Assembly: GCF_000018305.1 (NCBI RefSeq)
Contig: NC_009954.1
Span: 1,140,001-1,172,000, forward strand
From: Caldivirga maquilingensis IC-167
GTDB lineage: Archaea > Thermoproteota > Thermoprotei > Thermoproteales > Thermocladiaceae
Direction of reading: 5' to 3'
Length of the DNA: 32,000 nt
The position numbers and the translations under genes were made by a program. Below, piece after piece: positions 1 to 9,006 of this stretch. Within the stretch, counting starts at the first letter, position 1. Each line of letters begins with the position of its first letter. Under the pieces are notes generated by a model, which made no database searches, was not told the DNA's origin, and saw nothing but the letters and a program-made list of their open reading frames with translations.

Positions 1-87
1 TCACCAATAATAGCTGACTTTGTTGAGCATGTCCCCATAAGTAATAGGACTAGGATAAAGGTTCCATTATACGCGTTAGCCTACTTA

Positions 88-447
88 ATGATACAAGGCT
101 TCCCACTCAGCCAGGTTAATGCAACGATGCTTAAGGTCGCCGTCATGAAGGTTTCCCGCTACCTGGTTCACGATAAGGAGCAGTTGAGTGAGTATGAGGC
201 CTTCCTAACCGCCCACCTACCTGATGAATTACTTAAGGTAAGTGACCTGGTTAGTGAGGCTAAGGCATTGTTAAACAATAACATGGTTAATGAGGCGGCT
301 CAGAAGATTAAGGAGGCTGAGGAGACTTTGAATAAGCTTAAGGCTAGGTGGGATAAGTCCCTCCTAAGCCTATACATTAGTGAAATAGAGGAGACAGAGT
401 ACCTAATCCAGAGGTTAAGGGGTGCTATATATGGGTCAGAGCAGTGA
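88..447 (+). CDS. hypothetical alpha-helical/coiled-coil protein; may be the 3' end of a longer gene cut by the window edge
   Basis: The ORF track gives 119 aa. Frame 1 has no stop codon between nt 1 and the ATG at 88, so the true start may lie upstream of the window. The C-terminal half is K/E/L-rich. The 3' end overlaps the next ORF by 26 nt. Confidence 0.5.
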   Translation: MIQGFPLSQVNATMLKVAVMKVSRYLVHDKEQLSEYEAFLTAHLPDELLKVSDLVSEAKALLNNNMVNEAAQKIKEAEETLNKLKARWDKSLLSLYISEIEETEYLIQRLRGAIYGSEQ

Positions 448-1777
448 AGAGGATTACGGTATACTACTTAACGTTGATTATGATGAGGAGTTAACCCGGT
501 ATAGGCTTAGGGAGGTTTACCTAATGGCTAAGCGCCACATGATACCTAACCTTGATAAGTTAAGGAACTACATACTCGCCGACTCATTCTACATACACTA
601 CAGGCAACCAATACTTAGGAGTGGTAATGATAGTAATAATTATAGGGCATTATGGAGAATGATAGTTAGCAATTACATTAATAGTGAGCAGTATGCTGAA
701 GTCTCCAGGTTAACTAAACTAAATGGTAGGTTATCCAGGATAATGGCGGTTAAGTTACTTAGAATATACGTTAACATGCTTAATAGGATTGAAAGGAACG
801 AGAGACTTGCCAATGCATTGAGGGATGCGTCAAATAAATCGTCGCAATCATCAAGGGAGAGTAGAAATATGCTTGATAGGGAGATTAGATCATTAATCTC
901 ATTTTACATGGGGAACATGAAGAAGGTTAATGACACTATTAATAAGGCTCGCTCCGTTCTAGGACCGGCTATAGGCCATGAGGTTGCTGAATTAATACTG
1001 GATACGGACATAGACCCATATAGGGCTAGGTTAGTTAACATGCTTAATTCACTGCTTAAGCTAGTCACGGAGTCAAGCCGCATGTATGATGAGGGGATAC
1101 TTAATGAGATGCTTGATAAGGGGGTTATGACTGGTATTAAGAGGATGGATAAGGTTAATGAGGTTAAGGACCTAACCCCAACCAATAGGGCATTGGCTAA
1201 GTTCGCTAAACCAATATACGCCTACAAGTTAGCCACAGGGAGCTTAACGGTTAAGGAGAGGAAGATGATGAGGAAGCCTAAAATATACCTGGTTATAGAT
1301 AAGAGCGGCAGCATGTTCTACACAGTTATGAATAACATATTTGAGTACAGTAGTGTGAGTAAGATAACCTGGGCAGCCGCATTAGCCATAGTAATGGTTA
1401 TGAAGGGTCATGAAGTCGTGGCAAGGTTCTTCGACCAGCAGATATATCAATTAATGACTAATAAGAAGGACATAATAAAAACACTCCTATCCCTGGTCCC
1501 ATTAGGTGGAACAAACATAACCTCAGCCATTAGGGTAGCCTACGATGATGCTCACAGGAACCCAGCCTTAAGGAATTATAAACTAGTGCTAATAACTGAT
1601 GGTGAGGATGATGAACTTGACTTAGCGTTAATTAAGCAGGGTTTATCAGGTTTCAGTGACTATAGGATAATACTAATAGGTAATGAACACTCAGCCCTTG
1701 AAATGCTTGGACCAAAGGTAACTAAGATACATAACCTTAACGCTAGATCATTAATAAGCGTACTAAGAAAAATATAA
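422..1777 (+). CDS. von Willebrand factor type A (VWA) domain protein, CoxE-like architecture (about 290 aa helical N-terminal region plus C-terminal VWA)
   Basis: MIDAS-type motif LVIDKSGSM (DxSxS), followed by GGTNITSAI and LITDGEDD, in the C-terminal about 160 aa. Confidence 0.8.
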   Translation: MLYMGQSSEEDYGILLNVDYDEELTRYRLREVYLMAKRHMIPNLDKLRNYILADSFYIHYRQPILRSGNDSNNYRALWRMIVSNYINSEQYAEVSRLTKLNGRLSRIMAVKLLRIYVNMLNRIERNERLANALRDASNKSSQSSRESRNMLDREIRSLISFYMGNMKKVNDTINKARSVLGPAIGHEVAELILDTDIDPYRARLVNMLNSLLKLVTESSRMYDEGILNEMLDKGVMTGIKRMDKVNEVKDLTPTNRALAKFAKPIYAYKLATGSLTVKERKMMRKPKIYLVIDKSGSMFYTVMNNIFEYSSVSKITWAAALAIVMVMKGHEVVARFFDQQIYQLMTNKKDIIKTLLSLVPLGGTNITSAIRVAYDDAHRNPALRNYKLVLITDGEDDELDLALIKQGLSGFSDYRIILIGNEHSALEMLGPKVTKIHNLNARSLISVLRKI

Positions 1778-1862
1778 TCAAGGGGCTTTCCCTAATTACT
1801 ATTCGTAATCAGTTAATTCACGTGTTTTAAAAAGCGAGTCATTCATTCACCATAGTCTCCAT

Positions 1863-3062
1863 TCACAGAACCGATAATTCCCTTAATAACTCAGCAATCC
1901 TCTCCACACCTTCACGAAGCCTATCAGTTGACTCCCTGGTGAAGTTAATCCTAATGTGTAACGCACCCCCATCACCGAACGCGGAGCCTGGTACAACACC
2001 AACATGCTTCTCCCTCAGTAATCGTAGTGAGAAATCTAGGTCATTCATCTTAATCCTGCTTAAGTAACTAGATAAGTCAGGGAACATGAATAATCCAGCC
2101 TTAGGCTTAAGCACCTTAGCATCAGGCAGCATGGATTTAATACTATTGTAAACCACATCCCTCCTCTCCTTGAATAATGGTATAGTCTCTTTAATGAAGT
2201 TCTCCTTATACTTACGTATGTATAGGAGACCAATGTACTGGGCTGGGGTTGGTGGATTAATGTTAATGTACTGCTTAACCCTATTGAATACGCTAAGTAT
2301 ATCCTCATCAGCAACCACGAATCCAAGTCTCCAACCTGGTAATGCAGGATCCTTTGAGAATGTGTTTAATGCAATGACATTACTCATATTGTACCTTAAC
2401 GCATACACATGCTCACCCTCATAGTAAAGATGCCTATAAGCCTCATCATAAACTAGTAATGAATCATTATCCACAGCCAGATCCACCGCAGTCTTAACAA
2501 CCTCACTCCTAAGGGTTGAGCCGGTTGGATTATCTGGGTTAACCAGTACTATTAACTTAGTATCCTTATCCACGGCCTTCTTCAATTCCTCAGGATCAGG
2601 GTTAAAATCATTACTAATACTCACCTTAACCTCAGTGACCTTAGCATTAAAATACTGCATAATCGGCTTATAAAGTAGGTAGGTTGGATTAAGTACAACA
2701 GCCTTATCACCTGGGTTTAGGAAAGCCATGGCTAACGTTATTATTGCCTCAGAGGAACCTGTGGTTACTGAGATATTTGATGGAGACACCTTAACACCCG
2801 AGTACCTGTGGTAATCATCAGCAATAGCCTCCCTTAACTCAAGTATCCCAGGTGTTGAGGAGTAGGCGCTTAACTCAAAGGACTTCTCCTTAAGTAGCCT
2901 CGTGAACTCATCTATTAACCCACTTGAGGGTGGTACACCAGGTTGACCAATATGCATCTTAATCACGTCCACTCCCCTGTCCTCAAGCTCATTAATCAGT
3001 GCGTTAACCTCCCTAATCATCGAACCCTTTAAGTACTCAGACCCCTTGGCGGGCTTAGGCAT
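1863..3062 (-). CDS. PLP-dependent class I/II aminotransferase (aspartate aminotransferase-like)
   Basis: Contains NPDNPTG, the YDEAY region, and SFSKDPALPGWRLG with the PLP lysine in SxSK. Length is 399 aa. Confidence 0.85.
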   Translation of the reverse strand: MPKPAKGSEYLKGSMIREVNALINELEDRGVDVIKMHIGQPGVPPSSGLIDEFTRLLKEKSFELSAYSSTPGILELREAIADDYHRYSGVKVSPSNISVTTGSSEAIITLAMAFLNPGDKAVVLNPTYLLYKPIMQYFNAKVTEVKVSISNDFNPDPEELKKAVDKDTKLIVLVNPDNPTGSTLRSEVVKTAVDLAVDNDSLLVYDEAYRHLYYEGEHVYALRYNMSNVIALNTFSKDPALPGWRLGFVVADEDILSVFNRVKQYININPPTPAQYIGLLYIRKYKENFIKETIPLFKERRDVVYNSIKSMLPDAKVLKPKAGLFMFPDLSSYLSRIKMNDLDFSLRLLREKHVGVVPGSAFGDGGALHIRINFTRESTDRLREGVERIAELLRELSVL

Positions 3063-3125
3063 TTAATTCACCTTAATTCTAGGTTTAGGTATAATCTATT
3101 TAAGCTATACTTAGCCAAATAACTG

Positions 3126-4373
3126 GTGCTGGTTAGAAGTGAATGGGATAGGTTAAGTGAGGTTATGGTTCATAGACCTGGCGTGGAAATGTTCTACGGG
3201 TTACTATACCCCAAGGCCTTCCTCTACGAGGGTGTGTTCAGTATGGATGAGGCGCTTTATGAACATCAAAACATGGAGCACGTAATGATGAGTGAAGGGG
3301 TTACTGTACATAGGCTTAAAAGCATAGTAATACAGAGAATGAGGCATAGTAGTGAGTTCAGGGAGGCTGTGGTGTCTGTTGTTAAATCATCAATAGTTTA
3401 TAAGGGGGATTTAAGTGATGAAGCCTACACCGACTTCCTAAGAAGCCTAGCCTCATATGATCCTGAAACATTATTCAACATACTCATACTGAGGCCAATG
3501 ATAATTATTAAGAGGACTAAGACCAATCTAATGGCAAGAATCATCAACAGAAACCCAATGGCTAACCTATACTACACTAGGGATCAACAGTTAGTAGTTA
3601 AGGCAGGTGTGGTGATGGGGAGAATGCGAATGATTCAAAGGAGGCTTGAACCAATGATCACTGAACTCTTCTTCAAGGCTATAAACACACCCATAGTGTA
3701 TAAGTTGATTAAGCCAGGCTTCCTGGAGGGGGGTGACTTCATGCCCATGGGTGACTTCGCGGTGATTGGGTATGGGTGGAGGAGTAGTATTAATGGTGTT
3801 AAGCAGATAATGGGTCTCCTAGACTTCGACGAGTTAGTTATTGCTAAGATACCTAAACACCCATGGGGGGATAACATGCTTGTAATGCACCTTGACACTT
3901 ACTTTAACGTTGCCGGCGACGGCTTAGTAATAGGGAATGAGGAGTTAATGAAGAATACCCAGGTCACAGTTTACGCGAGGTCTCCAGATGGGTTAGAGAA
4001 GGTGAGTGAAGCCACGTTACTTGACTACATTAGGCAAAAGGGCTTCAACGTAATTAACTTATCCATTGTTGAGCAAGCCGCCTTCGCCTCCAATTTCCTA
4101 ACCCTTAAGGATAGAAGGATACTGGTGCCTAACATTGAGATGAATATTAAGAAGATGATTAGGAGGCTGCGAAGCAGTAATGACCCGGTTAGGCAAGCTA
4201 CATTACAGTACGTGGAGTCAGGTTATGGGAGGATGAGGAGTGAGGGGTATATTTTCCCATATAGGCCTGATGTGCTTAATGAAGGTGTAGACTTCATAAC
4301 AATAGACGTCAGTGAACTTGTTGGTGGTTACGGTGGTGTTCACTGTGCCACAGCCACTATACGGAGGACTTGA
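3126..4373 (+). CDS. arginine deiminase-like enzyme (guanidino-group-modifying / amidinotransferase superfamily)
   Basis: Contains EGGDFMPMG, MHLDTYFNV (compare the ADI motif MHLDTVF) and a C-terminal GGVHCAT with the catalytic Cys. At 415 aa it is ADI-sized. It has a GTG start with a TATA-like ATCTATTTAAGC about 27 nt upstream. Confidence 0.6.
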   Translation: MLVRSEWDRLSEVMVHRPGVEMFYGLLYPKAFLYEGVFSMDEALYEHQNMEHVMMSEGVTVHRLKSIVIQRMRHSSEFREAVVSVVKSSIVYKGDLSDEAYTDFLRSLASYDPETLFNILILRPMIIIKRTKTNLMARIINRNPMANLYYTRDQQLVVKAGVVMGRMRMIQRRLEPMITELFFKAINTPIVYKLIKPGFLEGGDFMPMGDFAVIGYGWRSSINGVKQIMGLLDFDELVIAKIPKHPWGDNMLVMHLDTYFNVAGDGLVIGNEELMKNTQVTVYARSPDGLEKVSEATLLDYIRQKGFNVINLSIVEQAAFASNFLTLKDRRILVPNIEMNIKKMIRRLRSSNDPVRQATLQYVESGYGRMRSEGYIFPYRPDVLNEGVDFITIDVSELVGGYGGVHCATATIRRT

Positions 4374-4431
4374 GGTACTTAAAGCCTAATGTGGGGCTAA
4401 GTTTAATAATTTATAATCCATTATCCCACTA

Positions 4432-5484
4432 ATGTTAATATGGTTTGATGCATTAACGGCTAAGCAGGCTAGAATAGCCTCAGTGTTGGTGCTGGAGGGT
4501 GGGAGGAGGGGTTACGGGTTCATAATTACATGTAGGAATTACGATTACGTAATTAATGTGTTAAAGATGTATGGTGTAAATGGATACTGTGAGGGTAAGC
4601 ACGGTGAGGATACTAAGAGTAAACTGATTAATGGGCTTACCAGGAGCCTTAAATTAATCAATATAGTTAATGGTTTTAATGTCCACGTATCATTAACATC
4701 ACCTGATGCTTTTCGAGTAGCCTTCGGTTTAGGTAAACCATCAATAGCCTTAACGGATACTGCCCACGCATTCCATGTTAATAAATTAACATTACCCCTA
4801 GCCAGCAGTGTTATTGCGCCTGCAGCCATACCTAAGAGGAGGCTGATGGCCTATATTCCACATGGGGAGGAGGGTAAGGTTAAGTTCTTTAACGGTGTCT
4901 TTGAGGTAATGTGGGTTTATAGGTTTAAGCCTAATTGGGGTGAGGTTGAGCAATTGGGTTTAAGGAATGGTGATGAGTATGTTGTGTTTAGGTTTGAGGA
5001 GAGTAAGGCAGCCTACTATAATTACAGTGAACAGTCTAAGATTGCAGTTAAGGCTATTAAACTCCTATTAAAGGAGGGCTTTAAGGTTATTGTATTCCCT
5101 AGGTATGATGACCAGAGGAAGTTAGTGATGAGTAAGTTCCCCCAGGAATTAAAGAATAATAACGTGATAATGCCGGATAAGCCTATTGACGGCCTTCAAT
5201 TAGCCTACTACTCAAGTCTAGTTATAACTGGTGGATCAACCTTCGCAGTGGAGGCTGCGTTACTGGGTGTTCCATCGATATCGTACTTCCCATCAACCTA
5301 CTACACTGATAAGTATGTGATTAAGGCTGGTGCACCATTAATTAGGGTTAAGCCAAGTAGGCTAGTTTTCAGCATACGTAAGGCTATGGGAATGGGTAAG
5401 GTAGGTTTAATAAAGGGCCTTGAAGACCCCACGGATTTGATACTTAATGAGGCTGACATGTTGGCTAACGAAAATAAGGGATAA
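4432..5484 (+). CDS. DUF354-like protein (GT-B/epimerase-like fold, function unknown)
   Basis: The N-terminus MLIWFDALTAKQARI resembles the DUF354 start (MKIWIDI-type). The C-terminal ITGGSTFAVEAALLGVPSI is a GT-B-like nucleotide-sugar motif. The family is assigned from memory only. Confidence 0.45.
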   Translation: MLIWFDALTAKQARIASVLVLEGGRRGYGFIITCRNYDYVINVLKMYGVNGYCEGKHGEDTKSKLINGLTRSLKLINIVNGFNVHVSLTSPDAFRVAFGLGKPSIALTDTAHAFHVNKLTLPLASSVIAPAAIPKRRLMAYIPHGEEGKVKFFNGVFEVMWVYRFKPNWGEVEQLGLRNGDEYVVFRFEESKAAYYNYSEQSKIAVKAIKLLLKEGFKVIVFPRYDDQRKLVMSKFPQELKNNNVIMPDKPIDGLQLAYYSSLVITGGSTFAVEAALLGVPSISYFPSTYYTDKYVIKAGAPLIRVKPSRLVFSIRKAMGMGKVGLIKGLEDPTDLILNEADMLANENKG

Positions 5485-5644
5485 TACTTATTCTTGACTG
5501 CTTAATTATTATATAAAAATCATAATCTACTATAGTACTTATATATTATTTATCTTAGCTGCTAAGTATTGTAAGCACTTTACTGAAGCCTAATGGAGAA
5601 AGGTTTATTAATATGATTGGTTAAAGGCGGCTTAAGAACCATTT

Positions 5645-8257
5645 ATGGATTGTACCTTTAAGGTGATTTCCGACTTAGATAAAGATCTCAGGTTCAGGAA
5701 TAGTGAAGTATGCTTAACAAATGATAATAGAATAATAGTGAGTAGTGATGGTAAGGAGGAGTCTTATCAATTAAGTGATGTGCAGAGGGTTTATGTTGAG
5801 GATGGTATAGGTATAGGTAAGCTTATCCTAGTTATGAAGAATGGTGAGGAGGTTGAGGCTGCTTACTTCACGAAGAAGCCTATTGAGGAGTTTAGGAGGT
5901 TTGCAATATTTGTTAATGGGCGTATAAACGGTAATGGGCATTATGAGGGTGTTACGTTAAGTAGGGAGAATAGGAAGCCTAACGTTAGGAGTACGTTGCT
6001 TTGGTTACTTAACTTCATGAGGCCTTACTGGCATAAGATGCTTATAGGGATTATATTATCTATAAGCATAGCAATGCTTAACCTGGTTCCACCCTACTTA
6101 CTTAAAATACTGATTGATAGCGTCTTCTTAACCAAGACCCACTCAATGAAGCTCTTCGTTAATTTAACACTAACACTAATAGGGTCATATATTGGGGTTA
6201 CGGCATTATCCATAGCCCAGAACTACATACTCAACACCGTTGGGCAGAGGGTTGTGAACGATATAAGATCCAAGGTTTTTGAGCATGTTATGAGGCTTTC
6301 AGCATCATTCATAGATAGGATGTCAACGGGTAGAATACTCTCAAGGCTAACTAATGATGCAGGCAACACTCAGTGGCTAATGGTCTGGGGCTTACCAACA
6401 CTCATAGTTAATATACTAACTCTAATAGGTATAGGTGTAATATTATTTACCATGGATGTTAAACTAGCCCTATTCGTACTACTGCCGACTCCAATAATAG
6501 CTTACATGATATATAGGTACCGTAAGAGGTCGCATAGGGTCTACCACAGGAATTGGAGGAGGAGTGCTGATGTAACCAGTGCTCTATCAGACACTATACC
6601 TAATTATATGGTTATAAAGTCCTTCGCCAAGGAGGATTATGAATCAAATAGGTTAAATGACTTACTCAATAGGCTTTATGAGTCCCAGGTTAAGGTAACT
6701 AAAATGAATGTTAGTTACTGGCCATTCCTAGGCCTACTTACATCATTATCAACAGTCATGATGTGGTGGTTTGGTGGTGAGCAGGTTATTGCAGGTACTA
6801 TTCAATTAGGTACCTTGACCGCGTTCGTATCCTACATGGCCCAGTTCTACGGACCTATAAACAACCTAAGCAACATAATACCGTTCATCCAGCAGGCTGT
6901 GACCTCGGGGGATAGGCTTAGGGAGATAATGGAGGCTGAGCCTGATGTTAAGGAACCTGAGAAGCCTAAGAGACCTGACTTGAAGGGTGATATACTGTTC
7001 AGTAATGTTTGGTTCAGTTACGATAAGTACACGCCTGTCTTAAAGAACATAAACCTGAGGATAAGGGTTGGTGAGAAGGTTGCAGTGGTTGGTAAGAGTG
7101 GTTCAGGGAAGAGTACGTTATCTAAGCTACTGCTTAGGATGTATGATGTTGACTCAGGGGAGATAAGGATAAATGGGGTTAATGTGAAGGAGATCGACCT
7201 ACAGTACCTTAGGGATAGGATAGCGTATGTGCCGCAGGAGGTGGCTTTATTCGATAGCACTGTGGCTTACAATGTGGCTTACGGTAGTGGGAGGCATGTT
7301 GAGCCTTGGGAGATCATAGCGGCTTGTAAGGCGGCTAGGATTCATGACGAGATTATGCAGTTGCCTTTAGCCTACGACACTAACCTGGGTGAGAGGGGTT
7401 CATCATTATCCGGCGGCCAGAGGCAGAGGATTTCAATTGCTAGGGCTATTATTAAGCAGCCGGATATCGTAATACTTGATGAAGCAACGTCAAACCTTGA
7501 CGTTATTAATGAGGCTGAGGTCTACAGAGCCATCATGAACCTGGCTAAGGGTAGGACTGCAATATTCGTTACTCATAGTTTCGTTGAGGTCATGAGTGCG
7601 GATAGGGTTATAGTTATGGCAAATGGGGAAATTGTAGAGGAGGGTAAGCCAAGTGAATTATTGGCTAAGAGGGGGCACTTCTACAATATGTTTAAGGATC
7701 AGCTTGAATTATTCACCGGTGAATTGAAGCTTCTTGAGAATGATGACGGTAATGGGAATGCCTTAACCCTTAGGGATTACGTTAAGGACGTAATGGTTGA
7801 GCCAGGTAAAGTTAAGGTTAAGCCAGGGAGTAGGAGGAGTCTAGTTACATTGATCGTTAATGGTGAGGTTTACAAGGATCTTAAACCAAAGTTACCGTTC
7901 CCAATATCCCAGCCTGAGTACGTCATATTCTATGATAAGGATGGTAAGGAACGCTTCATTCTGAGTAATTATAAGGCACTCGACGCTGAATCAGTTAAGC
8001 TACTTGAGACCGCAATAGCCTTGAATAACTTCAAGCCCGTAACGTTGAGTGTTAAGAGGATTGATGTTAAGGGTGATGAATTGGAGTGGCATCTAGTGAC
8101 TAACTACGGTGAGGTTGTGGTTAATACTAGGGGCAGGAGGAACGTGATGATCATGGATAGTAAGTTAACTTTAGTTGATATTCATGATAATATATATGAG
8201 ATTGACTTAAAGAGACTTGATAAGGATAGCCTTAAGCTAATAGCAGACACAGTGTGA
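5645..8257 (+). CDS. ABC exporter (fused permease + ATPase) with an extra N-terminal PH-like domain and a C-terminal DUF1854-like domain
   Basis: Walker A GKSGSGKST, Q-loop YVPQE, signature LSGGQRQR, Walker B IVILDEATS, H-loop FVTHS. A six-helix ABC_membrane-type region spans aa about 115-420. About 110 aa lie before the TMD and 180 aa after the NBD (nt 7715-8254). Confidence 0.9.
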   Translation: MDCTFKVISDLDKDLRFRNSEVCLTNDNRIIVSSDGKEESYQLSDVQRVYVEDGIGIGKLILVMKNGEEVEAAYFTKKPIEEFRRFAIFVNGRINGNGHYEGVTLSRENRKPNVRSTLLWLLNFMRPYWHKMLIGIILSISIAMLNLVPPYLLKILIDSVFLTKTHSMKLFVNLTLTLIGSYIGVTALSIAQNYILNTVGQRVVNDIRSKVFEHVMRLSASFIDRMSTGRILSRLTNDAGNTQWLMVWGLPTLIVNILTLIGIGVILFTMDVKLALFVLLPTPIIAYMIYRYRKRSHRVYHRNWRRSADVTSALSDTIPNYMVIKSFAKEDYESNRLNDLLNRLYESQVKVTKMNVSYWPFLGLLTSLSTVMMWWFGGEQVIAGTIQLGTLTAFVSYMAQFYGPINNLSNIIPFIQQAVTSGDRLREIMEAEPDVKEPEKPKRPDLKGDILFSNVWFSYDKYTPVLKNINLRIRVGEKVAVVGKSGSGKSTLSKLLLRMYDVDSGEIRINGVNVKEIDLQYLRDRIAYVPQEVALFDSTVAYNVAYGSGRHVEPWEIIAACKAARIHDEIMQLPLAYDTNLGERGSSLSGGQRQRISIARAIIKQPDIVILDEATSNLDVINEAEVYRAIMNLAKGRTAIFVTHSFVEVMSADRVIVMANGEIVEEGKPSELLAKRGHFYNMFKDQLELFTGELKLLENDDGNGNALTLRDYVKDVMVEPGKVKVKPGSRRSLVTLIVNGEVYKDLKPKLPFPISQPEYVIFYDKDGKERFILSNYKALDAESVKLLETAIALNNFKPVTLSVKRIDVKGDELEWHLVTNYGEVVVNTRGRRNVMIMDSKLTLVDIHDNIYEIDLKRLDKDSLKLIADTV

Positions 8258-8303
8258 TTTAACCACAAGTAATCACGGTGCTTTATTATAACATATTTCA
8301 ATT

Positions 8304-9005
8304 TTAAGTAGGCTTTATTATGAACCTTGCGTCCACTGCGTATGAACCTTTCCCATTCTCAAGCATTATAACTGGGTTCAAGTCTGCTTCAGAGATCTGC
8401 GGATTCTCAATCATTAGTCTGGAGAATTTAACGATTATATCCACGAGTGAGTAAATATCCCTTCTCGGCATACCCCTGTAGCCTATCATTAATTGGTAAG
8501 CCTTAGTCTCCTTAATCATGCTTAAGGCATCATCCTCAGTGATTGGGGCCACCCTCATTGAGGTATCCTTATATAACTCAGTTAATACGCCACCAATTCC
8601 AAATAGGATTACTGTACCGAATATTCTATCCCTTAAACCACCCACAATTACCTCCAGTCCCCCTTGAACCATGTGTTGAACCAGGAAGCCGAATACCCTG
8701 GCGTATGGTGCCAGGTGTTTAATGTTATTGGTCATTTCTCCGCAAGCCCTCTTAACGTCATCATCACTGTTAACGTTAAGTATCACACCTCCCACATCAG
8801 TCTTATGCATTATGTCAGGGGAAATCACCTTTATTGCCACTGGGTAACCAACCTCATTAGCGGCCTTAATGGCTTCCTCGTAATTAGACACCACCCTATA
8901 CCCAGGTGTTGGTATGCCGTATGCCTCAAGTAGCTCATATGCCTCATGATCAAGTAGCTTAAACCTACCCTCTGAGAGTGCTTTAGTAACTATATCATGG
9001 ACCAT
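8304..9005 (-). CDS. acdB: ADP-forming acetyl-CoA synthetase, beta subunit (ATP-grasp)
   Basis: At 233 aa it matches archaeal ACS beta in size and N-terminus (LLDHEAYELLEAYGIP, YPVAIKVISPDIMHKTDVGGV). It lies 1 nt downstream of the alpha-subunit gene. Confidence 0.8.
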   Translation of the reverse strand: MVHDIVTKALSEGRFKLLDHEAYELLEAYGIPTPGYRVVSNYEEAIKAANEVGYPVAIKVISPDIMHKTDVGGVILNVNSDDDVKRACGEMTNNIKHLAPYARVFGFLVQHMVQGGLEVIVGGLRDRIFGTVILFGIGGVLTELYKDTSMRVAPITEDDALSMIKETKAYQLMIGYRGMPRRDIYSLVDIIVKFSRLMIENPQISEADLNPVIMLENGKGSYAVDARFIIKPT

Positions 9006-9006
9006 A

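Noticed and set aside
904-1185. Many 60-100-aa track ORFs antisense to or nested in larger genes (for example 904-1185, 2060-2424, 3635-3898, 4545-4829, 7018-7260, 8664-8933, 10043-10240, 11411-11704, 16705-17076, 17851-18174, 21160-21369, 23132-23635, 24357-24784, 25253-25744, 28275-29006, 30369-30644, 30677-31183).
   Set aside because: Each overlaps a longer ORF with recognisable motifs on the other strand or frame. None has its own promoter-like element or recognisable domain.
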